Positions 29,125 through 40,718 of a stretch of 64,000 bases of DNA are shown one piece after another (positions within the stretch are counted from its first letter, which is position 1; each line of letters opens with the position of its first letter). Made by a program: the position numbers and the translations under genes. Origin of the DNA: Blasia pusilla (Eukaryota); contig CM114271.1 in NCBI GenBank assembly GCA_050084515.1, forward strand, positions 24,118,001 to 24,182,000, given 5' to 3'. The notes under the pieces are model-generated. The model searched no databases, was not told where the DNA came from, and was given only the letters and a program-made list of their open reading frames with translations.

Positions 29125-29880
29125 TGTTGTGCGCATACACATCGCTACACAACATATATCGCTGTCACCGAACACACACACAAACACGCACGATCCCATG
29201 CTAACTCATGGCATCCAAAAAACAAGACAAGAAGTACCAAATATCTCCAATTAAAGTAAGATCCAATCTCTATCTACACAATCTCACACCATAGCTCTCA
29301 AAGGTGTGCACTCTCTCTCATGTCAAACCAAACCCACTCTCCTAATGAGAGGCTTGGGTTACACTCACAAGGCAAGGGACCATAGCTCCGCCGCCTTATG
29401 CCAAGAGGTTCAACAAAGAGAGAATGAGCTCTCAAGCTCTCTCTCCTTGGGATATATACCCCTCCCCTCTCCCAAGCTCTCTCCATGGTAACCTATTCTC
29501 ACAAGTCACCTCCTTGGCTCTTGACCTGATGTAGGAGGTCAAGGGCCATATACTAAAAATTAGAAAGTCGATCATATACTCAAAATGGTACTTACCTAAA
29601 ATAGCAAGTTCCTCAATATGGCTCCAAATGAGCCAAAACGAAGGGGAAACCTACTCTCGCAGGTTTCTCGGGGCCTCAGCAGGTCATCCTCGACCTCCTA
29701 GGCATGTCGTACACTACTCTTGAAGACGCTCTACTACATCTCACCGATCTATCCTGAAGGACGTGACAATTATCGTGCGCATATACATCGCTGTCACCGA
29801 ACACACACACAAACACGCACGATCCCATGCTAACTCATGGCATCCAAACAACGAGACAAGAAGTACCAAATATCTTCAAT
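29125..29880 (-). repeat. 3' repeat block Y-X-Y of copy 2: Y 29125-29251, X 29252-29768, spacer AT, Y 29771-29880
   Basis: The two Y copies match apart from a 17-bp insertion and a few substitutions; X matches 39927-40444; purine tract AGGGGGGCG (sense) at 29881-29889. Confidence 0.93.
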
Positions 29881-30065
29881 CGCCCCCCTAGTTGGTGGTT
29901 AGGTCCCTCTAACTCCAGATAGCCATCTATCCCTACCTACCATGACATACATCTCTCGGACGCTAAGAGCAAGAAGGCCGGGTGCTCATGTGGCCCCATC
30001 GTTAGTCGCCTTCCTGTCATCCATGTCAGAGAAAAAGTCGGGATCGAACCTACCTAGTATCTCCT

Positions 30066-30809
30066 CTATGTACATCTGGGACACATCCATCGTCCCCGAG
30101 GAACCCTAGTGAGAGGTGGTGTCAGACATGCCATATGCCAACCTCTCGAACAACCATCACAGACTAGCATTGTGGCCGCACCACGGGCAAAACCACACAA
30201 CATACAACGCAAGCCTGCATGAACTACTGCTAAGCTCGGATCCAATGTACTATCAATGTTAGGAAGGTGACATGGTGCAAAATTACGCACATGGTCCTTC
30301 CATACCATACCATCGCGTCCCTCCAGCAAGAGAACACCGGATGGCAAAACGTCACGCACTCTCGGGATAGTGCGCCCTGCAGTCACATCCAACGTCGTCG
30401 GTGCCGTCTGCTGCAAGTAGACATTATCTCCCTGATGAAACCTCCCGATAGTTGGTCGATAACCACCACCCCGAATAGTCGCATACCTCAACGTATCTCG
30501 ATGCTGCGCAATCGCCAAGTTCTCGAACGCCATGGGCATCACTCTCCGAAACAACTCAGCCCTCTGAGAACATGCTTGCACCCATACATCTGGGTCATCA
30601 AGGTCCAGCACCTCACCAGCATCTCGACGAATGGCCGCAGGTAAATGTGGCTGTCGGCCATAAAGTAGAAAGTACGGTGAAAAAGACGCTAAGGATGCAT
30701 GCCTGCTGAATCTGTATCCCATCGCCAACCATGGCAAGTGGAGGTCCCAATCTCCTAGGTGCCCTCTCTGCAAGCCATACTTGCGTAAACCCCTCTTCAT
30801 TGTTTGCAC
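30066..30809 (-). pseudogene. Integrase C-terminal part ending in a PHD finger (copy 2)
   Basis: CMLC..MLVCDGCSRGWHMACLTPPL..VPRGRWMCPRC, a C4HC3 pattern, in frame with the integrase. Confidence 0.93.
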
Positions 30810-33439
30810 AACTCTCTCCGCTAATCCATCCGCCTCAGGATGATCTCACGAAGTCGTGCGGTGGTCGATCAACGCGTGATCACACAAGGCTTGAAACTCA
30901 CTGCGAAACTGGGTACCCTGGTCTGTCAACACCTCAGCCAGTGCGCCATAATGACTCATCACTCTGTCAAGGAAGACATAAGCTACTCCCTCACTCGCTT
31001 TGTCAGGCAATGCAACCAACTCGATCCACTTCGAGAAGTGCTCGACCATCACCAACACATAACGATTGTGACGCTTCGTCAAAGGCAAAGGTCCTGCAAA
31101 ATCCAAACTCCATCTATACCCTAAGCCCATGATCGGTAATGGATGCAACTGTGGAGTCAGAGCATTGAACGATGCTCAGACCCGATCACACACCATGCAC
31201 CTGGCAACAAACTGCTGAACGTCAGTCTGCATGCCTCGCCACCAATACTGAATCTGGAGCAAGCTGTACGTCCGCTTCACCCCAAAGTGACCCAACTCCT
31301 CGTGGGCATGCTGTGCTAGTGGTGCTCTCTGCGAAGGATGCGGCACTACGCGTACTCTGCCATCCTCCCAAACCCTCAAAACATGTGTCCCCTCCCAACG
31401 GAACCGTCCGGCCCACTGTAGGATCCGATCCCGCTCTCTAGCATCCACGGTGCTCGCAACGCTGCCAGTACGAGGTACTCCAAGACTACTCCATCATCAT
31501 GAATATCTCTACCACTTGTCGTCTCCTCACTGGCCTCGGGATCCAAGGACTCTCCACTAGACCTGGCCATCAAAGTCTCCACACTCTGGCTCTCCATAGC
31601 CAACATGCCTAAATAGGTTGACGCGTGCCATCTTGGCACGGACTCCTTATCACTCTCTCCATGCCATCGAGCTCCAGTCGCATCTCGCTGACTCAGGCAT
31701 GGGTTACGACTCAACTCATCTGCATCTTGGTTGAGCATCCCAGGTCTATGTACCACCTGAAAATCATACTCCTGCAACAACAAAGCCCATCTCGCAAGCT
31801 TCCCTGTAAGCTTGTCGGACTCTATCAACCACTTCAGAGGTTGATGATCAGTGATGATGGTAAAGGGGTTGCCGAATAAGTAACACTTGAAATGCAGCCA
31901 AGCACTCACCCTCATACAAGCTGTACTTCGCCTCTGTAGCATTTTTCGAGCGGCTAGCATAAGCCACCACAAACTCTCTACCCTCATCATCATGTTGGGT
32001 GAGCACCGCTCCAAGCCCCAACATGCTCCAATCTGTGTGCAACTGGAAAGGATGCCCCCTAATCGGTCTCCTCAAGATGGGCGCACACGTCAACCTGTCC
32101 TTGAGCAACTAAAATGCTTGCTCCTGCTCATCCCCCCAGTGCCACTCCTGATCCACCTTGGTCAGCAAGGTCAGTTGCTTCGCAATCAAACTAAATCCCT
32201 TGACGTATCGCCGATAGAAGTTCGCCAATCCCATGAATGCGCGAACACGGCTCACATCTGTAGGGCGTGAAATTCGTGAGATAGCCTCTACCTTCATTTG
32301 CTGAACACCAAGGCCCCTTGGGTATATCGTATGACCCAAGTACTCAATCTGGTCGTAGGAGAACTTGCACTTGCCTGGATGTAGCTTCAGCCCATGTAAT
32401 TGCAATCGTCCAAACACCTCCTCTAGATGTCGCTCATGCTCCTCAACGATGGTGCTAAAGACTACAATGTCATTTATATAACACCTAGCAAAATCCAGAC
32501 CAACCAAGATCCTATCCATGACCCTCTGAAACTCAGACGGGGCGTTCTTTAACCCAAATGGTAAGAACCGCCATTGGTACAAATAATCCTTCCCGTGAGA
32601 ATTGATGCCCAAAAATACCGTCTTCTACATGTCCTCCAATCTGATAGGCAATTGATGGTATCCGACTCGCAAATCCAATGAACTGAAGACCTTTGCGTGA
32701 CCAATCGCATCAAAGATCTCCTTAGGGGTGGGCATGGCATACCTATCGAACTTCGTCTGCCAATTGATAGGTCGGTAATCCCCACACATCCGCCTATCCG
32801 TCCAGTTGCCATGCACATCCTTCTTGGCGGGCATGACAGTGGTAGATGCATACTCCCCATGCGACATCTCCACTAGTCTTGCTCTGACCAAGTCTTGGCT
32901 CCTACTCTGAATCAGAGCCCTCTCCATATCATTGTACCTGTAGGATCTTCGGAAGATCGGCGTATCACTTGATAACTCAATGCGGATCCCCGGTCCCTTC
33001 AGCGTACCCAAATCCTCCATGCTAAATGCAAAGCAGCTCCTATAACTCCTCAGGAACTGATGTATTTGGCACCGCTCTCCTCCTATCAACTTAGGGCCCA
33101 TATCTGGCTCCCAAGTCTCCATCGTGACTACGGTAGGACTCTCCGGCATGGGTATCGGTGGTTGCTATGGTGCAACCCCGTCTCGAACAACAACACTCGG
33201 CCGCTCTCTTACAGCCAACTGCAAACTCTGATCTCCTCCACGTGCAGTGCCCGAAACCACGCTCGATGTTGTGGCTATCATCTCCTTGCGTACGAGCAAA
33301 ACATCCCAAGAATTCCAAGGGTGTCTCTCCCGATCTCCTCGGGTCTCGCCCCCAGCCACTGCCTCCACCGTCTCGGTAGGCATGGGGCTCACCAACGCAA
33401 CCGTTGTGATCTGTCGTGATCTCATACGACGCTGCTCAC

Positions 33440-34400
33440 CCCCTCCCAAGCTGAGGATCCATGTCAAGCACTTCAGGTCCATCGCCTGACCCAAGACATG
33501 GCGTCGTGATGCCTCTGACACTGACTGTACTGCCGTCACTCCTCTGGGAAATCCCATCGCTCGCTTTCTCTCGTCGGCGTTGGGCTCCACCAACCGCTAA
33601 ACCTGGTCATCCCAAACCAAGCCAGGAACGGCCTCCTTGTATGCATAGGAAGCGGGAAAACTCACAAACGTGGGCAAGGCTACCCTCGGCCTGCCTACCC
33701 TGTTGACCATAGTCAACAGTGGTCGATCATCGTGCCTCACTTCCTGTGATCGACGACCTGGATCCCGAATGGAATCCACTAACAAATGGGAGGGGCGCTC
33801 CACTCTCGCATACGCCCTCCATAACACCGCATGGGGCACCAAGTTGGTCCACCATAGACGCGGGCGATGGGCTCTAGAACCTACACTCGCCGCATCCAAG
33901 AACACTGCTGGGCCGATCCAGGCACGCACCTGCTGAGCACTCGTCACCACCCGTGACCTAGAGTATCCTAAGATCGGTGCATACTCCAAAATGTAGGCTG
34001 GAGAACGAGACTGGTGCTCCTGCAAGTGCCGTAAGACCCTCAACATCTCCCAAAACAACCTGGACTGAGTGTCAGCCAACCCGCTGCCTGGTCCACTTGA
34101 TTGGCCCTGACATGACCAACCGGCAATGACCAAATCAATGGTCCCTACCCGCTCTAAGTCCTGCGCCCCCAACAACGAAATATCCCTCGATAGGGAACTC
34201 TGGTACCCATGTACTGCGAACGCAGACAATAAGTCGGGAAAACGTAGGCGGAATTGTGCCACATGTGGTAGTGAGACGCGCCTTGCAACATCATCACTCT
34301 CCACATATAGGTACTGTTGTACTCACACTCTTGCCTGCAAAACAACAGCTAACCCGGTGCTAATCCCTCCAAAGAGATCTAACACTCGAATACCCTCCCC
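33440..34400 (-). pseudogene. DNMT3-like C5 methyltransferase domain of copy 2
   Basis: VLDLFGG, IAGWSCQGQS, RLFWEMLR, ILEYA, SRAHRPRLWWTNL, ERKRAMGFP, RRHVLGQAMD; PC and ENV motifs altered in this copy. Confidence 0.9.
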
Positions 34401-35298
34401 CTGGATACACCACACAATGGGTGTGGTATCCAAGGGTGTCATCGTAGCACTCCGTGCTACCTCGGGTTCCTCAGGCCCGTCATGCTCCGGTGCAAACGCT
34501 TTGCTTCACGCGGTCTGCACGTGTTCATCTGCCAATCGTCGAAGCTCCTCAGTCGAGCCCCACATCGGTACCTCTCCTCCACGGAATGATGCACCTACCA
34601 TAACACTCCTCTCCATAGAAATGTCAGGAACGGGAGTATCCTCTGCATTGACATGTCCCTCAATCAAATCACTAGGCCAAGTGATGGCACTGCTAAATGT
34701 TGCTAAGGTCGCCATCTCTCCTGGTCGTTGCTCGATCACTGCACCTGTGAATCGAAGGGGTAATGAGCTAAGACGCCCATCTCTTGACTGCCATCCTGGT
34801 TTGTAGGATGGTGACTCCTCCTAGTAATCCAGGGAAAACCCCATCGGGTATAACACTGCTCCACCAACCAAGACGTCGTAGGACTGTGCATTAGTCACTA
34901 TCGCCTTGGCGCGCACCACGGACTCATATGTAGGATGTCCCAGGAGAATCTTCACCAGGACCTCTTTTCAGATGATATACTGTGTGGTACTCGCTCCACC
35001 CAAGGATGTCTGTATCCGGAATGGACAACGCTCCACATCAGCTCTCGTCAAGCCCAATCCTCTGAATGACGCTTTCCCCAACATGAGGGGTTGCGCTCCT
35101 GAATCCAACAAGACGCGCTACGGACTAAAATCTCTACCTCCAGGACTCACCAACTGGAAGACCTCTCCTCGGTTATCCAGCAACACAACACCAGGAGAAG
35201 CCATGGCACGCTCTATCGCGGGTCTAGCGGGCATCTCCGCCATTCTAGCAGCCGCAGCCTGCCATGAATCTGACGTGGATGGTTCGAGCATTCGCTCC

Positions 35299-36279
35299 TG
35301 TCGCGCCCCTACTCTCCTTGAACATCAATCTTTAGTATTGCGGAAGCGTGCGTTCAGTAGGTCGCAAACTCATCGCCGATCTGCACCCAAACACGCACTC
35401 TCGTTAGTTGGGTCTGGCCAACCGGCGTTCCAACCCACCGAGTCCTCAACTCGGCGTCTCATCAAGCTCAACCTTCCTTAGTTCCTAGCTTCCAAAACAT
35501 GGCAAGTCCTTCAAGACTTGGAACAGACTTCCTGGTTAGTCCAGGGATCTGAAACAACACTTGCGCGCCTAGCAATCCCAACTGTTCAAGGGTCCTCGGG
35601 TGAGTTCCGAACCGAGACTCAAGTAATTGAGTCGCGGGGTGGAATCCAAAAGGGATGTCTAAAATCGCCTCACTGGACTTGGTGCAGGTTTTCCAACCCA
35701 ACCCCCAAACTCGCGTTCCGTTCCATGCCCTTGAGCCGCCCCGCGACGCCCAAAGTGGGGTTTGGGTTCCAAGCACTCTCGGAGACCTTCCCTCTTACTA
35801 GTACTTCTGGGGTTCTCCAATAACCCCTCCCCTTTGGGAAAAGAGGTTCGGGCCCTTCATTGTGGCCCTCAACCCGACTCCACTTACAGTCGTTTTCGGG
35901 TTGTATCTCGGCCACTGCTTATGCGTTTGCAGCGATATTTGGTGCGTTTGGACCGGCTTTCCATAAGCTTTCCAACGCATCCTTATTTGCTCCAAATGCA
36001 TCTTGGCGCTAAAAGTTATGGCCATAAATACAGTCGGAAACTCTCAAACGCTAGTGGCGTTCCAAATCCGGATCTTCCCTTTGGCAACCCACTTCCTAGA
36101 CTCGACTTCTTTCAAGTCTCATTCCGCGTTTGGTCCAGGTTTCTCAGTCGCAACCATAACACCTGAAACGCGACTCCTCGTTCGCGTCTCGTCTCTTGTC
36201 TCCACTTTGAGACAACTCCAACGCGCAAACCATGTTCCATGTTCCGCTTGGCACTTGTTTGGTCATGAGGGTCGCGACA
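35299..36279 (-). mobile_element. Chromovirus solo LTR nested between gag and protease of copy 2
   Basis: TGTCGCG...CGCGACA termini, 5-bp TSD GCTCC (35294-35298, 36280-36284). Confidence 0.95.
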
Positions 36280-39200
36280 GCTCCAAGGGGAGGTCCATCA
36301 CCTCCTCTGCAATCACCTCTGTACGTGATGCAGGAACTCCAACTCCACGCTCACATAGCGACGCGGCCAGCCGAGAAGCCTTGACGGGCGTACCCCCCGA
36401 CGTCATAACATCGGAAGCAGAAAATAAAGGAGTGCGGTACACAACGGTGGCCGCCCCCAACAATGTGCTCGACACATGCCCCTCCTGAGCATCAACAATA
36501 GGAGTCGTTGCACTTGCTTCTCCCATCGCCCTCCGTGCCTGCACACCAACAACATCACCAACTCTCAAGGAACTTTGATCAGGACCCATCCATGGGGTCC
36601 TCATCGCTTCGGACAACGTGAAAGGCTGAGGAAGCCTAGTCTGTTTTCTGGCTTCCCCTCGATGTGGATCCAACTCTGTGGCTGCTCCATGCGTCACAAC
36701 TACGGCGGCCTCCATCTGGGCAACCCTGCACATCCAACCAGGATCCTCCAGATCTCTAACTGCTCCATATGATGTCGATACCACGGATCCGGCATCGGGT
36801 AACCTCAATGCCATAGCGGCAATCTGGTCATGCAGCTGCTATATCTGAGCAGCCATCCTAGCCTCACGTCCGGCCTCTCCCTCGGCGCGTATAGGTGGTG
36901 GTACTCTACCTCCTCCACGGGCAGCTCCACCACCCTGTCGGGCAACTCCAGCTCCTCGTCCCCCAACGAGACCACCTGGTGCACGATCTCTAGGCCCACC
37001 TGGATCGGCTACTCGCTCTGGTGCCCTCTCTGGCCCTCGGTCCGAACGTAACTCAGGATGCAAACTGAAACACTTGGCGCGTGTATGACCATACCTCTGA
37101 CAATAGTCACACTGATAACCTCCGGGTGCAACACCATCTCCTCCTCCATGCTGAGGCATACATCCATGACCCTGACGAGTGCAATGGCGCTGATGATGGG
37201 CTCCACCACATGACCAACAAGTAATAGTAGGCGGTTGTTGTTGAGCCGCATATGAAGGCGCAGGTCTCTGTGCCACGGGCTCCTGGTATCTTCCCTGAGC
37301 TCGTGGTGCCATAGTTGACCTATCTCGGAGTCCACGTTGCTGCACAGGTGGTGCAGCCAATCGCGACTACTCTCGCCGAGAACCCATGATGGCTTACGCT
37401 CTCCTCTGCCATGTTGCGCTCAATGTTCTCAGCGGTCCTAAAAACATCTCTCAACGTAGGGGAGGTGTTCATAAGAAGCACCCTCTCCCGCACCCGTGGC
37501 CGTAGGGTCTGGTCCAGCATCGCGTACCATGACTGGATAGCCCGAGCCTTTGTCACCCCCTGAGTGACGTTGATCAACCGGCGCAAGCGAGTGTAAGCCT
37601 CATGTAAACTCTCACCCGGGTGCCTCCGGAAGTTGTGGATGCTCCGCAACTTTTCCGTCCGTACTCCTTGGTAGCTCGCCCTCAACTCAACAAAGAACTC
37701 AACCACGGGGTTGAACCTGGGACAAACCCGACTAGACGGTGCAACTGCTCCAGTGAGAGTGACCCCTCCTTAAACATCACTAGTGGAAGAGGAAGTAGCC
37801 TACCTTGACTCCTACTCATCTGGGAATGGCTCCCTCCATGACACATAGTGTGGGTCGTAGTAGAGTCGCCATGCCTCAATCTCCTGGGCATATCTGTGGG
37901 AAAACTCATGGTAATCGTCCATGGGTGCCCCCTCTAAATGCTGGAACATACCGTTCCATGATGTAAACGGGTTGAACTCTCTAGAGTTCCTGGCCCGCTG
38001 GGAGTCGCACCAACTCTTAAACTCTGCTATGAAATCGTGCAACTCAATCGTACCTACTGCACCTGAAAACCTACGCGGTCCTCTACCCCGGTCGTCCATC
38101 TCGTACGCCCAACTGGTAGGACCACTCACAATGTGTGGCGATGTTCTCACAAATTCCTCTACACCCTCCCCCTCGTCTGACGATGACACAAAAGGAGGTC
38201 GAGGTGGTCCCTGAAGTGAAGACCCCCGGAACCTAACGCCACTCCGCGTAAAACCTCTAGAGCTACTCTCGGGTTCACCACCTCGCCTCTCAAAGTCCCG
38301 AACGGACGCCGTGATGACCCTCGTGCTCTTCTCACCTGATCACTCTTGCCTCGCAAGTAATCCCTCAACCACTCATCCCAAACATGCGGCACTCGATCTA
38401 CACTCTCCCTCCCCGAGACATGTAACGTGCGGCAATAAGCGGCGTGGTGAGGCAAATCGATCAAGCTATCATCTCATTGACAACCTACCCTCAACTCCGG
38501 ACATCCCACACAGGTCCATGTCCCCTAAATCACATACATAAATAATGCTCTCAGCATCCACACACCCAATATCCCCAAATAAACTACCCAAATCCGAGAA
38601 TCCCTCACACGTGCAGGGTAAAGGGCCAGAATGGGTAACATGAACACATGTCGATGTCGCTCCTCAGCAGCTGCGAATCTCGACCCCAACTCGGTCGTGG
38701 AGACAAATCCTCCAATCAGCAAGTCATACTCCTCCCGTACTAATGTTGCTCAAAACTCCTCGATAGACGGTGCAGTTCCAGTGGAATGGTACGGCGTTGC
38801 AGGCGGCACGCAACGGCTACGAACGGCACGGCCCTCGATGATGGGATGTGGCACTCGGCGGCATACCCTCCTTATTCAACAATAAACCCACACTCTGCTT
38901 CACAATGCCAGAGCGGCTCCGCGATCAAGATGGTGCGGTGCCGCCACGAGTGGCACGGCGCGGCAACCGGCGGCGCGTTGCGGCTACGGGCGTCACGGCA
39001 CGGTACCCGATCGTCGTTGAGCGGCTACGAATCACAACATAGCAGCAGGAAATCAAAACTCAAACAAAATAACAGGAGGTCATAAGCCATCACAGGTTGA
39101 TGACGGTGGCGGCCAAAACAAAGTACGTGATGGCGACGCAAGTCCGAGAATCAATGAATGTTGTGGAAGACCCTCCACTCCGTAATGGCGGCAATGGCAA

Positions 39201-39926
39201 CCAAGGATGGACAACGGACGGTGACGGTTGGCGGTTGATGGTGACGAACGAATGGTGACGGTGACGGTTGACCGTTGGTGGTGATGGTTGACCATCGACG
39301 GTGATGCATGACCGTTGACGGTTGACGGTGACTATGACGGCGACGGCCGCCGCCGGTGTGGCGGCTGGTTTAGGGTTTGCACAATTTAACCCTAAAAATT
39401 GCCTAGCAATGGCATTTTTGCAAGATTGACCATAACTTTTTGCTCGCAACTCCAAATTGTGCATTCTTTGTTGCACAACTTGCACAGCTTCACAATCTAC
39501 GCCAACATTAAAAAATATTTGGAATCAGACATTTGAGTAAAAACTGACGGGGACTTTCATAAAGCCCAATGTCTCTTTCTTCTACCCAACATTCGGCAGC
39601 GCTTTCGCGCTGATTCCTCCCAAAAAAAATGTAAAACCTATAAAAATGCAAATCAAGAAGCGACATGGTGCTCCCAAAAGCACCGGCATGGGGCAACCCT
39701 CCCCCATACTCAATCCCTATCAGAAATTGGGCAGCGCTTCCACACGCCACTCTTCCACACGAAAAATCGGCAAATGCAAAGAACAATCCAAGCAACCCTT
39801 GCTCCGATGAGCACTCCCATGAGCCGTTGAACGGGGAACACGGTCCGCAACCTGCAAAAATAGCGAGTGACCAGCGAGCTCCCCCATGAAGCTCTCTCAC
39901 TCTCTCATTCTCTCATTCTCTCTTTG

Positions 39927-40444
39927 TAAAGTAAGATCCAATCTCTCTCAACACAATCTCACACCGTAGCTCTCAAAGGTGTGCACTCTCTCTCATGTCA
40001 AACGAAACCCACTCTCCTAATGAGAGGCTTGGGTTACACTCACAAGGCAAGGTACCATAGCTCTGCTGCCTCATGCCAGGAGGTTCAACAAAGAGAGAAT
40101 GAGCTCTCAAGCTCTCTCTCCTTGGGATATATACCCCTCCCCTCTCCCAAGCTCCCTCCATGGTAACCTATTCTCCCAAGTCACCTCCTTGGCTCTTGAC
40201 CTGATGTAGGAGGTCAAGGGCCACTTACTAAAAATTAGAAAGTCCATCATATACTCAAAATGGTACTTACCTTAAAATAGCAAGTTTCTCAATATGGCTC
40301 CAAATGAGCCAAAACGAAGGGGAAACCTACTCTCTCAGGTTTCCCGGGGCCTCAGCAGGTCATCCTTGACCTCATACGCTTGTCCTCCACTACTCTTGAA
40401 GACGCTCTACTAGATCTCACCGATCTATCCTAAAGGACATGACA
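39927..40444 (-). repeat. 5' terminal repeat X of copy 2, containing a TATA box
   Basis: 518 bp matching 29252-29768; sense TATATAT at 40133-40127; no Y sequence adjacent. Confidence 0.93.
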
Positions 40445-40718
40445 TGGCTCAGAGCAGCCCATGGTTGGCTTAGAGCACCCCGTCGCATTCAGACGGGTTG
40501 CATCATTCCAAAAATACAAGGAAAAGCATAAGCACTTGCAACCCGTCGGAACCCGACGGGTTGCATTCACCCAATGGAGACTTGCGGTAAATTTGCAACC
40601 CGTCGCTTTCAGACGGATTGCACCACCGAAATCTTCAGCTCAGGCAATCCAACGGGTTGTATGCAGAGACGCAATCTGTCGGAGCAAGACAATTTGGATA
40701 TGGATTTAGAGCCCTTAC

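Larger units (their letters stand above)
29125..40444 (-). mobile_element. Complete split-repeat Ty3/Gypsy-type element with DNMT and PHD, copy 2 (same family as copy 1)
   Basis: Termini TGTTGTG...CATGACA, flanks TGGA/TGGC; gag with two CCHC knuckles, protease LLDSGAQPLM (~35100), DNMT, RT, RNaseH, integrase, PHD; scattered stops and frameshifts. Confidence 0.95.

Noticed and set aside
34126-35481. Long plus-strand ORFs (226 and 191 aa) and similar antisense ORFs over the retroelements
   Set aside because: Shadow frames of the minus-strand pol; one runs into a solo LTR; no independent motifs
29125-40444. Classifying the split-repeat elements as DIRS/Ngaro tyrosine-recombinase retroelements
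   Set aside because: They encode an aspartic protease and an rve-type DDE integrase with TG..CA ends and TSDs; I saw no tyrosine recombinase motifs
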